Source of the DNA: an uncultured bacterium
GTDB taxonomy: Bacteria; UBP4; UBA4092
Assembly: GCA_964644695.1 (NCBI GenBank)
Contig: CAZXWN010000002.1
Coordinates: 124,001 to 188,000 of the forward strand
Length of the DNA: 64,000 bases
Direction of reading: 5' to 3'
Made by a program: the position numbers and the translations under genes. Below are positions 49,901 through 59,859 of the stretch, piece by piece. Below the pieces are notes generated by a model. That model saw only the letters and a program-made list of their open reading frames with translations, was not told the origin of the DNA and did no database searches. Positions within the stretch are counted from its first letter, which is position 1; the number at the start of each line of letters is the position of its first letter.

Positions 49901-50725
49901 TTTAGCCCGAACGTGGGAAATACGATGGAAGCCCAGGTCTATAACTTCCGAGGTATTATTCCCTCAGACAGTGTGGTGGATTTAGGCGCGAATATCCTGT
50001 TTGGAGTGCCTACGACTTGGAGTTGGGTCGATATTCCGGTTTATACCACAGCGACCGGTAAGGGATATCCTCAAATCATCCTGAAAGGTGGAAGCACCTC
50101 AGGAACGGTTTACCTCCAGTCTGTCCAATACTTCAAGGGAACGCCCGCCTTGATGGATACGAACCGTGGGAACCATGATTTGAATTATGCCTATGCCAAA
50201 CCGACGACAATGGACCAGCTGACAACAGGATGGGCCAATGGTGAGCTTTACGGGACCGAGACTCCCACGGGAGTAGGGTTTAGCTTTGAGAGCAGTGTGT
50301 TGGTATTGGATTATTCGGGTGCTTCAGCCGGTAATCAAAAGGGTTCTAAAGTCACCGCCAAGAAACCGGCCGGTGGTGTTTATACTGGTGCCACGCTTCC
50401 TGGATATCAGGCGGGTATGAAGATTCAGGTCACAAAAGCCTCGGGAAGTTTCAATACCTATAATGCGATATTATTACTGGCCTGTTACGGAGTTCAGAAT
50501 GAGGGTGGATATGATTTCTGGAGTACAGGAGGACAGTTGATAGCTTCCGCTCAGTTTGGTGATATCAGTAATGGGTGGCATTATCTGGCGGCTCCGGTGC
50601 GGAATCCGTGGCAACAGTTCCAGTTTGTTACAAAGAATGACCAGGCTGGCAAGATCCAAGTCCATGAAGTTGATTTTCTTCGAGACCGGGATGATACCAA
50701 TTTGGGAGATGGAACTCTTTTTTAA
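46931..50725 (+). CDS. Large secreted/surface protein with SBBP beta-propeller repeats and lineage-specific C-terminal domains
   Basis: FIENQGQ N-domain, IDP, repeated YSTYLGGS / GxTxSxxFP / DxFVxKLN units. Confidence 0.85.
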   Translation: MRLNTIWELSLMRLKAGTLRKLVCLSFGLFVLGTSWASTSEKLPTGRLPLYFIENQGQINNQIKYYSPEGQFYFTPEGMFTHLIERESLETSGQDSTLIHEKHVVLKKRFLNSNTSCEIVGEDELPGKVNFFVGKDSTQWKTHLRIYKQLRYKNIYPGIDLVYHGKNGPTEYDLVVNPGASVSQIQSVIEGADKLELSSDGDLLVHTRLGILKEKSPVSYQDISGTKHSVPSQFTLLSDNTLTFSVPQYVKSKTLTIDPLIYSSFLGSNDVLSLNNDVKIAVDPEGNYYIAGVTKSNSFPTTPGSYDRTYSGEEDGFITKINAAGTEIIFSTYLGGSLKDLISGMCIDTAGNVYVTGMTKSTNFPITSGAYDSTLNLYDYTDVFVSKLSASGASLEYSTLLGGDKTESSLDIAVDLDGCAYVVGFTSSPVFFPLVSAFDTTGNSNGNGYITKLNSTGTALEYSSFISGSAWTQALGVAVDSSKKAYIVGATYSSDFPVTADAIDSTYNAGGDGFLTVLEPSGALSYSTYLGGSGTEYVYSVALDSVGDIYVAGLTSSIDYPTTPGVVRRYFVGQEDAFVTKLNPAGTQMLYSTYLAGSGEDYVNAIKISSRGTAVVTGYTSSTNFPVSSYPIDNTANGNGDVFVSELNSTGTALLYSTYLGGSGKDHGSSLAFDSAGNVCIAGYTESASFPITKTALVKNYNNNFFAKLSLINALPSYYPNISNLPDLKLFTYESVSNIFSLEDYNNGPAGENYSFATNFLSLGSLSGSYVSQGAYSSGTCGTNTYVVSNLYGSCTVSNKVKYSTYKMRKLPDVALKPGQSEHFDITAYCYDTAGAAVAPSFGYPDSILEGNPSWVTGNWDGTTHVLISSQSGFTTGQSHLDLISSTITTEPFTTDYDVERINVYPDLLSGGAFSSDTDLNAQFGVEGISGLSLPTLGYQSTVTDNGGRELSGVVSFGFTGNTEGVKLTPNIDTMVSCDSGAWYTARIRVFSPNVGNTMEAQVYNFRGIIPSDSVVDLGANILFGVPTTWSWVDIPVYTTATGKGYPQIILKGGSTSGTVYLQSVQYFKGTPALMDTNRGNHDLNYAYAKPTTMDQLTTGWANGELYGTETPTGVGFSFESSVLVLDYSGASAGNQKGSKVTAKKPAGGVYTGATLPGYQAGMKIQVTKASGSFNTYNAILLLACYGVQNEGGYDFWSTGGQLIASAQFGDISNGWHYLAAPVRNPWQQFQFVTKNDQAGKIQVHEVDFLRDRDDTNLGDGTLF

Positions 50726-50749
50726 CAGTCGGATATAAAGACACAATAA

Positions 50750-50801
50750 AATCAGGGGTGTTGCATCGGTTTCCAACCGGTGGACACCCCTGATTCTTTT
50801 T
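50750..50801. terminator. Terminator between convergent genes
   Basis: AATCAGGGGTGTT...GACACCCCTGATT plus T tract. Confidence 0.75.
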
Positions 50802-50884
50802 ATGGGGGAAGATACATGAACTACTGGCAAAAGTGCCAGGATGTTCTTTGACAATTAAATCAGTTAAAAAATCTAGTCAATCTG

Positions 50885-52693
50885 TCATATTGATTGGAGA
50901 TGGTCAATAAAGGGTTGTGGAGTATTCCATCCGAGGGTTTTATCAAAAAGGAAATACCATGAAAATTCAGTAGTTCCCAGAGATATCTTATCTGCCGTTT
51001 TAAGGGTGAGTGGTCCCCGGCTTCCGATATGCCGTTCCAGTTGTAGAGGATTGATTGGTTTGGATGAATTGGAAATCCAGAGGCAATTAGTTCCATCACT
51101 CAGCCGGGCAAATCCATCAACAAATGACCATGCCAGATGAGTCCCTCCCTGCCAAGAATAATTCAGGGTCGAGTCGATTGCGGAGGACACCTTATCCCGG
51201 ATGATCACGCCCCGATATTCTTGATTAATGAAAATGACTTCTCGATGGATTTGGGTATGGGCCGGCAGGTTTTCGTAACAGTCCGTTAAATCAATCAGGC
51301 AGGATTCCAGACCCTGTTCCAGCGCTTTTAAGTGAAGAAGTTTGCCTGAATGTCGGGTTTGTTGAATCCCACTGATTACGGGGGCGTTATGAGCTTCCGG
51401 TCCAATGGAGAAATCCCTCTCCGGTCCCTGTCGATATTGTTGATATCCCGGGTCCGTGATCCAGAACCGATTGAAGGCCCCGATAACGACCTGTCCATTA
51501 TCATAATGAAGGTGGTGAGTATCTACATTGTTTAATGAAACAGTGATAGCGATGTCATGACTATCCCATCCAGACCGGAAGGTTATCGAGGCTGGATGTT
51601 TCATAGGCTGAATCACCGGTTCTTCTTCGGAAAAAGTGTTGTGCAGGGTATGTGTGAGAAGTGTTGCCGGTCTTCGGACGGGAGGAATACGATTGATCAA
51701 CCAGCCTCCGTCTTTCCATCCATACCACTGAACCCAATAACGGATGACATCCATCCAGAAGTACATCTCTGGTTCGGTGTCAGCAACAGGAGCATGCAAA
51801 TCTAATCGGCCGGGTAATGTGTGGTGAATCCAGATATCCAGAACGGAGCGGAAAGCCGATTCTGCAGATCGAATCAGATCCTGTTTGTCCGGATGTTGGT
51901 CAATCCATTGAACCAGAGAATCCAGTAGAAATCCGTCATAGGAGGTCCCTTCACTGTAATTCTCTGACTGGAATTTACACCAGGTTTCCAACAGTTGTCT
52001 GGATTTCCTGTCTAGTGAATCCGATAAGGGATGATTTAACAATCGGGCAAGAGAAGCTGAGCTGACCAGAATAATACTGGGGATATTATGAATATCCTGA
52101 ATAGTGAAATGCTCTTTAGATGCCCAGGTATTTTCAAACCAGGGCTGGATATCCCGATTCAGTAATAACAGAGCGGTTTCAAGGACCTTACTGTATTTAT
52201 TCAAGTCCCAATCTTCTTTGTGAGAAAGGAAAAAAGCCAGAGATGCAGCCAAATGTCCTGTACATAAACCGGCAAATCCAGGCCCTTCATGAGAACGGGA
52301 CCAGTTTGATAGAGAAACTAATTCGTTTTGGAGGAGATCTCCTGCCTGGGTGTCTTTTTTCTTTTTCCATGCCGTGTAGAGGATTTCCCATCGCTCCCGA
52401 AGTTCCCATGCCAACCAGATGCTCCAGGGATAGTCAATCGTCATTTCGGGGATTCCTTTGGGGAGTGGAGGAATATCTGTTACTGGAAGAGGAAAGGATA
52501 TTCGATACCCAATTCGGTAAAAATAGACATGGAGTTCCCGCCGGTTGATTTCTTCATGCAGCCTTCGTTCAAAATCCCGATTCAGGTCATCCTGATTCCA
52601 ATCCGTTAATCCTCTGGGAATGAAAGAAGCCGTTTCAAAAGCGGAAGGATCATAATTCAAATATTTATACATAACAAAACATCCCGATTCCAT
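50885..52693 (-). CDS. Heparinase II/III-like protein
   Basis: SEGTSY, RSGW, HHLHYDNG, TDPG, AHNAP motifs. Confidence 0.78.
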   Translation of the reverse strand: MESGCFVMYKYLNYDPSAFETASFIPRGLTDWNQDDLNRDFERRLHEEINRRELHVYFYRIGYRISFPLPVTDIPPLPKGIPEMTIDYPWSIWLAWELRERWEILYTAWKKKKDTQAGDLLQNELVSLSNWSRSHEGPGFAGLCTGHLAASLAFFLSHKEDWDLNKYSKVLETALLLLNRDIQPWFENTWASKEHFTIQDIHNIPSIILVSSASLARLLNHPLSDSLDRKSRQLLETWCKFQSENYSEGTSYDGFLLDSLVQWIDQHPDKQDLIRSAESAFRSVLDIWIHHTLPGRLDLHAPVADTEPEMYFWMDVIRYWVQWYGWKDGGWLINRIPPVRRPATLLTHTLHNTFSEEEPVIQPMKHPASITFRSGWDSHDIAITVSLNNVDTHHLHYDNGQVVIGAFNRFWITDPGYQQYRQGPERDFSIGPEAHNAPVISGIQQTRHSGKLLHLKALEQGLESCLIDLTDCYENLPAHTQIHREVIFINQEYRGVIIRDKVSSAIDSTLNYSWQGGTHLAWSFVDGFARLSDGTNCLWISNSSKPINPLQLERHIGSRGPLTLKTADKISLGTTEFSWYFLFDKTLGWNTPQPFIDHLQSI

Positions 52694-52773
52694 TGTATAG
52701 AATTATTCATTACTAAAAAATTCTTACATGAATCATCGGTGGCTGGCTAGTTTATGGTGATTGTTTGATGTTG

Positions 52774-53268
52774 TTATTTTCGTGGAGGTTCCGCCAGATA
52801 CCATTTCTGGTAATGGTGATAGTTGAAGTGGGTGACCGTCGAGGTCCCAATGGTCAGGATCTCAGTCACAGACCCTCCAAACAATTCCACATTTGTTCCG
52901 GAAATGACATATCCTCTGGAATGTTTTGCGGGTATATCGCTGAAGGTCTGGTCATACAAATAGGGTATGGGCTTCCCCTTATTTTTCATGTTCAGGGGGA
53001 TTTGGGGCATATAGGCAATGGGTGTTGTGAGTGAATGCGGGACAATATGACGGCCCTGGGTATCCAAATCGGGAGCAGGATAAGTGTCGTAGTCCACATT
53101 GTAACCTTCCAAGGCAACGGAGATATTTAGTATTGATTTCAAATCCAGATTTTTACTAAAATCAATATCCTGTGTCCGGTATTCCTGGCGCAGAGTGTCT
53201 GCTATCGCAAAAACGATAAATATGGGTAATGCTGCCATGATGAAAATATTAATATTGAACCGACGCAT
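52774..53268 (-). CDS. Pseudopilin-like protein lacking a canonical prepilin cleavage motif
   Basis: N-terminal TM; ALEGYNVDYDTYP and SLTTPIAYMPQIP. Confidence 0.6.
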   Translation of the reverse strand: MRRFNINIFIMAALPIFIVFAIADTLRQEYRTQDIDFSKNLDLKSILNISVALEGYNVDYDTYPAPDLDTQGRHIVPHSLTTPIAYMPQIPLNMKNKGKPIPYLYDQTFSDIPAKHSRGYVISGTNVELFGGSVTEILTIGTSTVTHFNYHHYQKWYLAEPPRK

Positions 53269-53368
53269 ATTTTAGCCCTCACTTTTTGTATGTTTGATAC
53301 ATTATCCCGCTTTGATTGTAGTTAAATAAAGAGGAAATGACAACCTGAAATGGCCAGGATTCTTTATA

Positions 53369-54229
53369 ATGGATAGAATGATGCGACGCATAAAAATACT
53401 TCTGGATTTAGTGAAATTCGAACATACCATTTTTGCCCTGCCTTTTGCCTATATGGGAGTTGTGTTGGCCCAATACCGTATTCCTGAATTTCGAATATGG
53501 TTCTGGGTCACTCTGGCGATGATTGGTGCTCGTACGGCGGCTATGGGACTTAATCGGTTAATTGACCGGGATATTGATGCGCGTAATCCCCGGACCCAAA
53601 ACCGTCATATCCCACAGGGTTTGGTAAAACCCCTGTCTGTATGGGTGATGGTTGGATTAAGCCTTTTGCTGCTTTTATATTCCGCCTGGGCATTGAATCC
53701 CCTGTGTTTTTATTTATCTCCCCTGGCGGTTCTCTTGTTATGGTTTTATTCCTATACCAAACGGTTTACCTGGATGGCTCATTTTGTACTTGGTATTGTG
53801 GAGGCGGCAGCTCCTATTGGGGGGTGGATTGCTGTGACAGGCAGTTTGTCCTGGCCGCCTTTATTGATTGGCGCCGGATTGATATTCTGGCTTGCCGGAT
53901 TCGATATCCTTTATTCATTACAGGATTATGAATTTGATAAAAAATCAGGATTGTATTCTATTCCAGCGCGATTCGGAATTCAGAATGCATTATTTATTTC
54001 GTCGGGTCTTCATCTTCTGACGATGCTTTTTTTTCTACTTGCCGGATTGGTGCTGCATTCTGGGATATGGTACTGGCTGGGGACAGCCTTGATTGCCGGA
54101 TTGTTGATCTATGAACATGCTATTTTGCATCCGAGGGATTTATCACGATTAAATCAAGCTTTTTTTACGGTGAATGGATGGGTCAGTGTTGTGCTTTTCA
54201 TGGGATCGCTGTTAGATGTGATACTTTAA
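53369..54229 (+). CDS. ubiA: UbiA family prenyltransferase (MqnP type)
   Basis: KFEHTIFALPFA, NRLIDRDIDARNPRTQNR, YSYTKRFT, GFDILYSLQD. Confidence 0.95.
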   Translation: MDRMMRRIKILLDLVKFEHTIFALPFAYMGVVLAQYRIPEFRIWFWVTLAMIGARTAAMGLNRLIDRDIDARNPRTQNRHIPQGLVKPLSVWVMVGLSLLLLLYSAWALNPLCFYLSPLAVLLLWFYSYTKRFTWMAHFVLGIVEAAAPIGGWIAVTGSLSWPPLLIGAGLIFWLAGFDILYSLQDYEFDKKSGLYSIPARFGIQNALFISSGLHLLTMLFFLLAGLVLHSGIWYWLGTALIAGLLIYEHAILHPRDLSRLNQAFFTVNGWVSVVLFMGSLLDVIL

Positions 54230-54289
54230 CCTTTATTACATGCCTTGTGATATATTCAAATTAAACGTAGTATAACTTCTTGCTCAGGG

Positions 54290-57200
54290 GTGGAGGCAAA
54301 TATGAAGTTATGGGCAAGTAAATTGAAAGAGATATTTCACTTTACTTCCAAAAACCATGATGATCTGCAAGACAGATTGTTCAATATTATCTTGTTAGTC
54401 TTTCTGGCCTTTTTGCTTCTATTATTTTTTACTCCTTCCGGTGATTCTTTAACTCGAAAAATAGCAACCTATCTCCCCATGTCAATAATCGTTATATTGA
54501 TTTACGCTTTAAGTCGGTATGGGTGGTGGAATCTATCTCGCATCAGTTTTGTCCTTTGCCATTGGGTTTGGCTAACGGTCCTGATTTATTACTCGGGCGG
54601 AATCAATACACCCAGTACCATGGGGTTTTTGATGCTTGTTTTATTTACTGGAATTATTCTTAATGAAGGTGCTGCATTAATCATTGCCATTCTTTCGATT
54701 CTAAGTAATTGGGGTTTATGGTATATCGAGATCCATGGTCAGTTGCCATCCTCATCAATTAACTGGACAATCGAAAGAGTTTTTTTTACAAATTCAGTTT
54801 TAATATTGTTGATTGTTCCCATTGGGGCTTTGACGGTTCTAATAATAAAAGCTGCTTCTGCAAGAGCTAATGATGAGTTTTTATCCAGGAAAAATGTTGA
54901 GAAAACACTTTGGGATAATAAAGAGCGGCTCCAGATGGTTTTAGATGGTTCAAATGCTGGTTATTGGGATTGGAACACGGAAACCGGAGAGGCAAATTAT
55001 AATCAGCGATGCGCAGAATTACTGGGCTATGATTTATCCGAAATCCCACCCAGGATATCCTCATTCATAAAAATAGTTTATCCGGATGATGTGAAATATG
55101 TTCGCAAAGCGTTTTTTACGGGTATCGTTGAACCTTCAGGTTTTTTGTTTGAATGTCGGATGAGACATAAATCTGGGCAATGGAATTGGATCCAGATTCG
55201 TGGAAAAGTATTTTCGTATAAAAAAAACAATAAACCGCTTCAACTTGCTGGTGTAATGATTGATATTACTGAGCGAAAAACGGAACAGGAATCCCTTCGT
55301 CAGAGCAAAGCTGATTTAATCGAAGCGCAGAAAATTGCTCATGTTGGAAGCTGGAGTTATGACTCGAATTCTCAGCAAGTCTATTGGTCTGAAGAAACAA
55401 AACGAATTTATGGCTTTGATGATCCTGTAGCCCAAATCAATGTGAGTGAGTACTATGACTTTGTTCATCCCGACGATATACCCTTAGTGAAAAGTATTAT
55501 AGATTCGATATTCAAAACGGGTGAGAGTACAAGTGTTGAACATCGCATTGTTACCCGGGATGGAAAAGTGAAGATTGTTTTTGAAAATGGTTATGCCAAA
55601 AAGGATGCCAAAGGGCGTGTTACAGGTATTTATGGGATTACCATGGATATTACGGAACGAAAGCAATATGAACAATCTTTACTGGATGAGAAAAATCGTG
55701 CCCGATCTTATTTGGATATTGCTGGTGTCATGATTTTAGCTGTTGATGCTGAAGGTTATGTGACCATGATAAACCGGAAAGGTTGTGAAATCCTTGGGCT
55801 ACCTGAGAAAGATGTTGTTGGTGTTAATTGGATGCAACGGTTTTTGCCGCCCAATGATCCTGAAAACAGTGAGGTGTTTTTTGGTGAGACCATGCAGGGA
55901 CACTCTCCGGATATTGGTGAGTGGGAGAATAATATCATTACCGGACGTGGGGAAATACGCCGTATAAAATGGCATTATTCAATCATGAGAGACAGTGTAG
56001 GTAATATTACTGGGACTTTAAACTCTGGACTGGATGTAACAGAGCAACGTAAAAATGAACTTTTACTCAAAGAAAGTGAAGAACGATTCCAGAAAACATT
56101 CCTGTATGCACCCACAGGAGTATGTTTGATCAGTCCCGAGGGGAAGATTCTTCAGGTTAACAAGGCTCTTCAATCAATGCTTGGCTATAGTGAAAAATAT
56201 CTGACTGAAAATAACTATCAACAGTTCGTTCATCCAGATGATATTGAGTCTATCCTGAAACACATCCAAAGGCTTATTGATGGAAGTTTGCCGACGTTTG
56301 GAATGGAAGCCAGATTGTTACATCAACTCGGTGAATGGATATGGGTTTTAATGAATGTAATTCTCGTAAGAAATGAGTTGGGTCAGCCGTTGAACTTTAT
56401 ATTTCAGCTTCAGGATATTTCAGACCAGCGGCGAAGTATCAAGGCTTTGAATGAAAGCCGCCAACAATTACAGCTGATTATGGATGCGGCGAATGATGGA
56501 ATATGGGATTGGTCTGTTCCTGATGGAAAAATTAAATATAACCCCCGATATGAAACAATGCTGGGATATATTCAGGGTTCACTGTCGCACAGCTTTAAAT
56601 CCTTCATGGATATGGTCCATCTTGAAGACCAGGATGTTCTCCGGACTACATATCAAAAAGTTATTGAGGGCCAAGTTGACCACTACGTTGTTGAATATCG
56701 CATGCGATGTATGGACAGCAGCTATTTATGGATTCTCGAAAGAGGTAAGGTTGCACAAAGAGACTCTAGTGGTAAGGCTCTCCGTATTGTAGGGACCAAC
56801 ACAGATATTACTGAACAAAAAGCAACAAATGATGAACTTAAAAAGTTAACCAAAATATCATTTGAAGAATCTAATGTTTTTTTAACAGAAATATTAAACA
56901 CTCTATCTGCACATATTGCTGTTATTAATGAAAAAGGAGAAATCGTATTTATCAATGAAAGTTGGAAACAGTTTGCTTTAGGAAATGGCGGGGACTTGGC
57001 TCAAGTGGGTTTGGGTGTAAACTATTTGGAAATATGCCAGAGGTCCCAAGCAATTAATGAAGACGATATTGATAAAGTGGTTCAGGGATTGAAGGATGTA
57101 ATAGCAGGTACTCGAAAAACCTTCTCGGTAGAATATGCCTGCCACAGTCCAATTGATAAACGTTGGTTTGTTATGCAAGCCCAGGTATTATCCGGTCTCA

Positions 57201-58699
57201 GAGAAAAGCATGTTTTCATTTCCCATGAGAATATTACATATCAAAAAGCGGCTGAGGAAGCTCTCCGCCAGGCCAGGGAAGCATCCGAAGCTGCCAGTCA
57301 TGCGAAGAGCGGCTTTTTGGCAAACATGTCTCATGAGATTAGAACTCCGTTAAATTCAATACTTGGATTTACTCAATTACTTCAAAAAGATAAGTCCTTG
57401 ACTGAAAATCAAAGAGAACATCTTGATGTGATTTATAAAAGTGGTGAGCATCTGTTGGATTTATTTAATGACATGCTGGATATGTCGAAGATAGAATCTG
57501 GCCGTGTGAGTCTAAATGAACATCGGTTTGACTTATGGGAATTACTAGGAAAACTGAGCAAATACTATAAGCGTAAAGCTGCAAACAAGAAATTATCCTG
57601 GAGTATGGATATTGGAGGAAATGTCCCGAGGTTTATTGTTGCGGATCATGAGAAACTAAGAAAGGTTTTATGGAACCTTCTGGAAAATGCAATTAAATTT
57701 ACGGATGAAGGCTTTGTTTACCTTAAAACCACGGCTGTAACTGGAGAAAGAGGGCATTGGGTACTGACTTTTGAAGTAGAAGATACGGGCATTGGAATTT
57801 CAGAAGACGAAATGAAATTATTATTCAAGCCTTTTTCTCAAACCCAAATTGGAATGGAATCAAAGGGTGGAACGGGTTTAGGTCTGGCAATTAGCCAACA
57901 ATATGTACGAGTGATGAAAGGTGAAATCACTGTAAACAGCTGTCCGAGGAAAGGCAGCGTATTCCGTTTTACATTACATGTTCATGAGTCAGAACGAAAA
58001 GAAGTTAGTGGATTACTCAGGAAAGAGAAGAAGCCCGAGGTTAATAGAAATATTGACTTAACAGGTAAAAAAGTATTGATTATAGATGATAATCCTGCCA
58101 GCAGAGAGGCATTACGGGATGCGTTGGTTTCAACGGGAGCTTTCATAATTGAAGCTGAGAATATTCCTGAGGTATTAAAACAAGTAAAAAAGGATGTTTT
58201 GGATATCATATTAATGGACGTTTCTAATCTCGGAATGGACAGTTGTAAAGTAATAAGAGATATTCGTAAATTACAGACTGGGAAAAATATACCTATAATT
58301 GTTATCACTGTTGATACTGATGAAAATCTGTGGAAAAGATATTATGAATCAGGTGCAAGTGATTGTTTGAATAAGCCCTTTTTAACTCAGTCTCTACTAA
58401 AATTGATGGTAGCCCATTTAAAATTGAATTCAGAATTTATCCGGAATGATGAGAAAATTAATGATAGTTCTCAGCATAGTAATGGAGAAAGTATTCGTGG
58501 TGAACTGGATTCAGAGTGGATGATAAGCTTGCAGGAAGCTGTTTTAGCTGCAGATATTGACCGTGTCTATAGCCTCATAGAAATCCTCCGTCCTGAGCAT
58601 CCTCGTATTGCAGGAATACTAAGGAAGCATGCTGAACGATTTGATTATGAGGGTCTATTGAATTGTTTTGAAAACTGGAGGAATGAAAGTCATGAATAA
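54290..58699 (+). CDS. Hybrid sensor histidine kinase (TM, about six PAS/PAC, HisKA, HATPase, REC)
   Basis: Repeated DITERK PAC ends; ANMSHEIRTPLN; NAIKFT; DTGIGI; GTGLGL; REC IIDD...MD...KP. Confidence 0.95.
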   Translation: MEANMKLWASKLKEIFHFTSKNHDDLQDRLFNIILLVFLAFLLLLFFTPSGDSLTRKIATYLPMSIIVILIYALSRYGWWNLSRISFVLCHWVWLTVLIYYSGGINTPSTMGFLMLVLFTGIILNEGAALIIAILSILSNWGLWYIEIHGQLPSSSINWTIERVFFTNSVLILLIVPIGALTVLIIKAASARANDEFLSRKNVEKTLWDNKERLQMVLDGSNAGYWDWNTETGEANYNQRCAELLGYDLSEIPPRISSFIKIVYPDDVKYVRKAFFTGIVEPSGFLFECRMRHKSGQWNWIQIRGKVFSYKKNNKPLQLAGVMIDITERKTEQESLRQSKADLIEAQKIAHVGSWSYDSNSQQVYWSEETKRIYGFDDPVAQINVSEYYDFVHPDDIPLVKSIIDSIFKTGESTSVEHRIVTRDGKVKIVFENGYAKKDAKGRVTGIYGITMDITERKQYEQSLLDEKNRARSYLDIAGVMILAVDAEGYVTMINRKGCEILGLPEKDVVGVNWMQRFLPPNDPENSEVFFGETMQGHSPDIGEWENNIITGRGEIRRIKWHYSIMRDSVGNITGTLNSGLDVTEQRKNELLLKESEERFQKTFLYAPTGVCLISPEGKILQVNKALQSMLGYSEKYLTENNYQQFVHPDDIESILKHIQRLIDGSLPTFGMEARLLHQLGEWIWVLMNVILVRNELGQPLNFIFQLQDISDQRRSIKALNESRQQLQLIMDAANDGIWDWSVPDGKIKYNPRYETMLGYIQGSLSHSFKSFMDMVHLEDQDVLRTTYQKVIEGQVDHYVVEYRMRCMDSSYLWILERGKVAQRDSSGKALRIVGTNTDITEQKATNDELKKLTKISFEESNVFLTEILNTLSAHIAVINEKGEIVFINESWKQFALGNGGDLAQVGLGVNYLEICQRSQAINEDDIDKVVQGLKDVIAGTRKTFSVEYACHSPIDKRWFVMQAQVLSGLREKHVFISHENITYQKAAEEALRQAREASEAASHAKSGFLANMSHEIRTPLNSILGFTQLLQKDKSLTENQREHLDVIYKSGEHLLDLFNDMLDMSKIESGRVSLNEHRFDLWELLGKLSKYYKRKAANKKLSWSMDIGGNVPRFIVADHEKLRKVLWNLLENAIKFTDEGFVYLKTTAVTGERGHWVLTFEVEDTGIGISEDEMKLLFKPFSQTQIGMESKGGTGLGLAISQQYVRVMKGEITVNSCPRKGSVFRFTLHVHESERKEVSGLLRKEKKPEVNRNIDLTGKKVLIIDDNPASREALRDALVSTGAFIIEAENIPEVLKQVKKDVLDIILMDVSNLGMDSCKVIRDIRKLQTGKNIPIIVITVDTDENLWKRYYESGASDCLNKPFLTQSLLKLMVAHLKLNSEFIRNDEKINDSSQHSNGESIRGELDSEWMISLQEAVLAADIDRVYSLIEILRPEHPRIAGILRKHAERFDYEGLLNCFENWRNESHE

Positions 58700-59786
58700 T
58701 GAGCTATCTTTAAATCATTCGAAAATTTTAATTATTGATGATGAACCTGAAATATTAGAATTGCTGAGTGGAATTTTAACGGCCAAAGGCTGTAACGTAA
58801 GAACCGTAACCGATGGTCTGAAAACATTAAATGAAACGACTGACTTTCTGCCGGATTTAATTCTGTTAGATGTAGATATGCCAGTTATTAATGGTTTTGA
58901 AATATGTGCCTTTCTGAAGCGAACTTCCCACCTGAAAGACATTCCTGTGATTTTTGTCAGTGGAATGTCAAATGTTGAGGACAAAATGAAAGGTTTCCAG
59001 TGTGGTGGTGTTGATTACATTACAAAACCATTTAATCTGGAAGAAGTGGAAGTAAGAGTGGATACGCATCTCAAATTGAGAAGCTATCATCGTGAATTGG
59101 AAGTAATTAATAAAAAATTGGAACAAAAAGTTCAGTCACAAGTCAGAGAAATAACTGAATTACAGATGGCAACAATATTTGCCCTGTCAAAACTGGCCGA
59201 ATCACGAGATGATTATACTGGCAGACATTTGGAGAGAGTCCAAGGATATTGTCGAATGGTTGCTGAATGTTTGGGAAAAAGTTCGCCATATCAGGATGTA
59301 GTGGATGCTTGTTTTATTGGTAATTTAATTATGGCCAGTCCCCTTCACGATGTTGGTAAAGTGGCAATTCCTGATAATATTCTATTAAAACCTGGGAAAC
59401 TGACTCCTGAAGAGTTTGTTGTTATGAAAACGCATACTTTAATTGGTGCTAATACTCTTGAGCAGGTTCGTCAGAAATATCCTGCTAGTGAGTTTATTCA
59501 TATTGCTATTGGAGTTGCCAGATCTCATCATGAACGATGGGACGGATTAGGCTATCCAGATGGATTGTTTCAGGAAGAAATACCATTAGAAGCTCGTATA
59601 ATGGCTTTGGCTGATGTATATGATGCATTAAGGTCCCGTCGATGTTACAAAGAAGCGCTTTCTCATGAAAACAGTTGTGATTTGATTTATGAACAGAGTG
59701 GCCGATTGTTTGATCCAGTAGTTGTTGATGTTTTTAGGAAGATAGAACTGGAATTTGCTGAATTGTCACGAACCCTGAATGATTAG
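58692..59786 (+). CDS. Response regulator with HD-GYP cyclic di-nucleotide phosphodiesterase domain
   Basis: REC (IIDDE, LLDVDMP, KPF); HDVGK, HHERWDGLGYP, ADVYDAL. Confidence 0.95.
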   Translation: MNNELSLNHSKILIIDDEPEILELLSGILTAKGCNVRTVTDGLKTLNETTDFLPDLILLDVDMPVINGFEICAFLKRTSHLKDIPVIFVSGMSNVEDKMKGFQCGGVDYITKPFNLEEVEVRVDTHLKLRSYHRELEVINKKLEQKVQSQVREITELQMATIFALSKLAESRDDYTGRHLERVQGYCRMVAECLGKSSPYQDVVDACFIGNLIMASPLHDVGKVAIPDNILLKPGKLTPEEFVVMKTHTLIGANTLEQVRQKYPASEFIHIAIGVARSHHERWDGLGYPDGLFQEEIPLEARIMALADVYDALRSRRCYKEALSHENSCDLIYEQSGRLFDPVVVDVFRKIELEFAELSRTLND

Positions 59787-59859
59787 TCTTTCTTTCCAAA
59801 TATGGACTGAAAGTGATATCTTGAATAAAGATGCTTGGTAGAAAAGAGAGGATACTTGG

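Noticed and set aside
39253..53368. Block between ubiD and ubiA as a defined mobile element
   Set aside because: No integrase, transposase, tRNA site or flanking direct repeats seen
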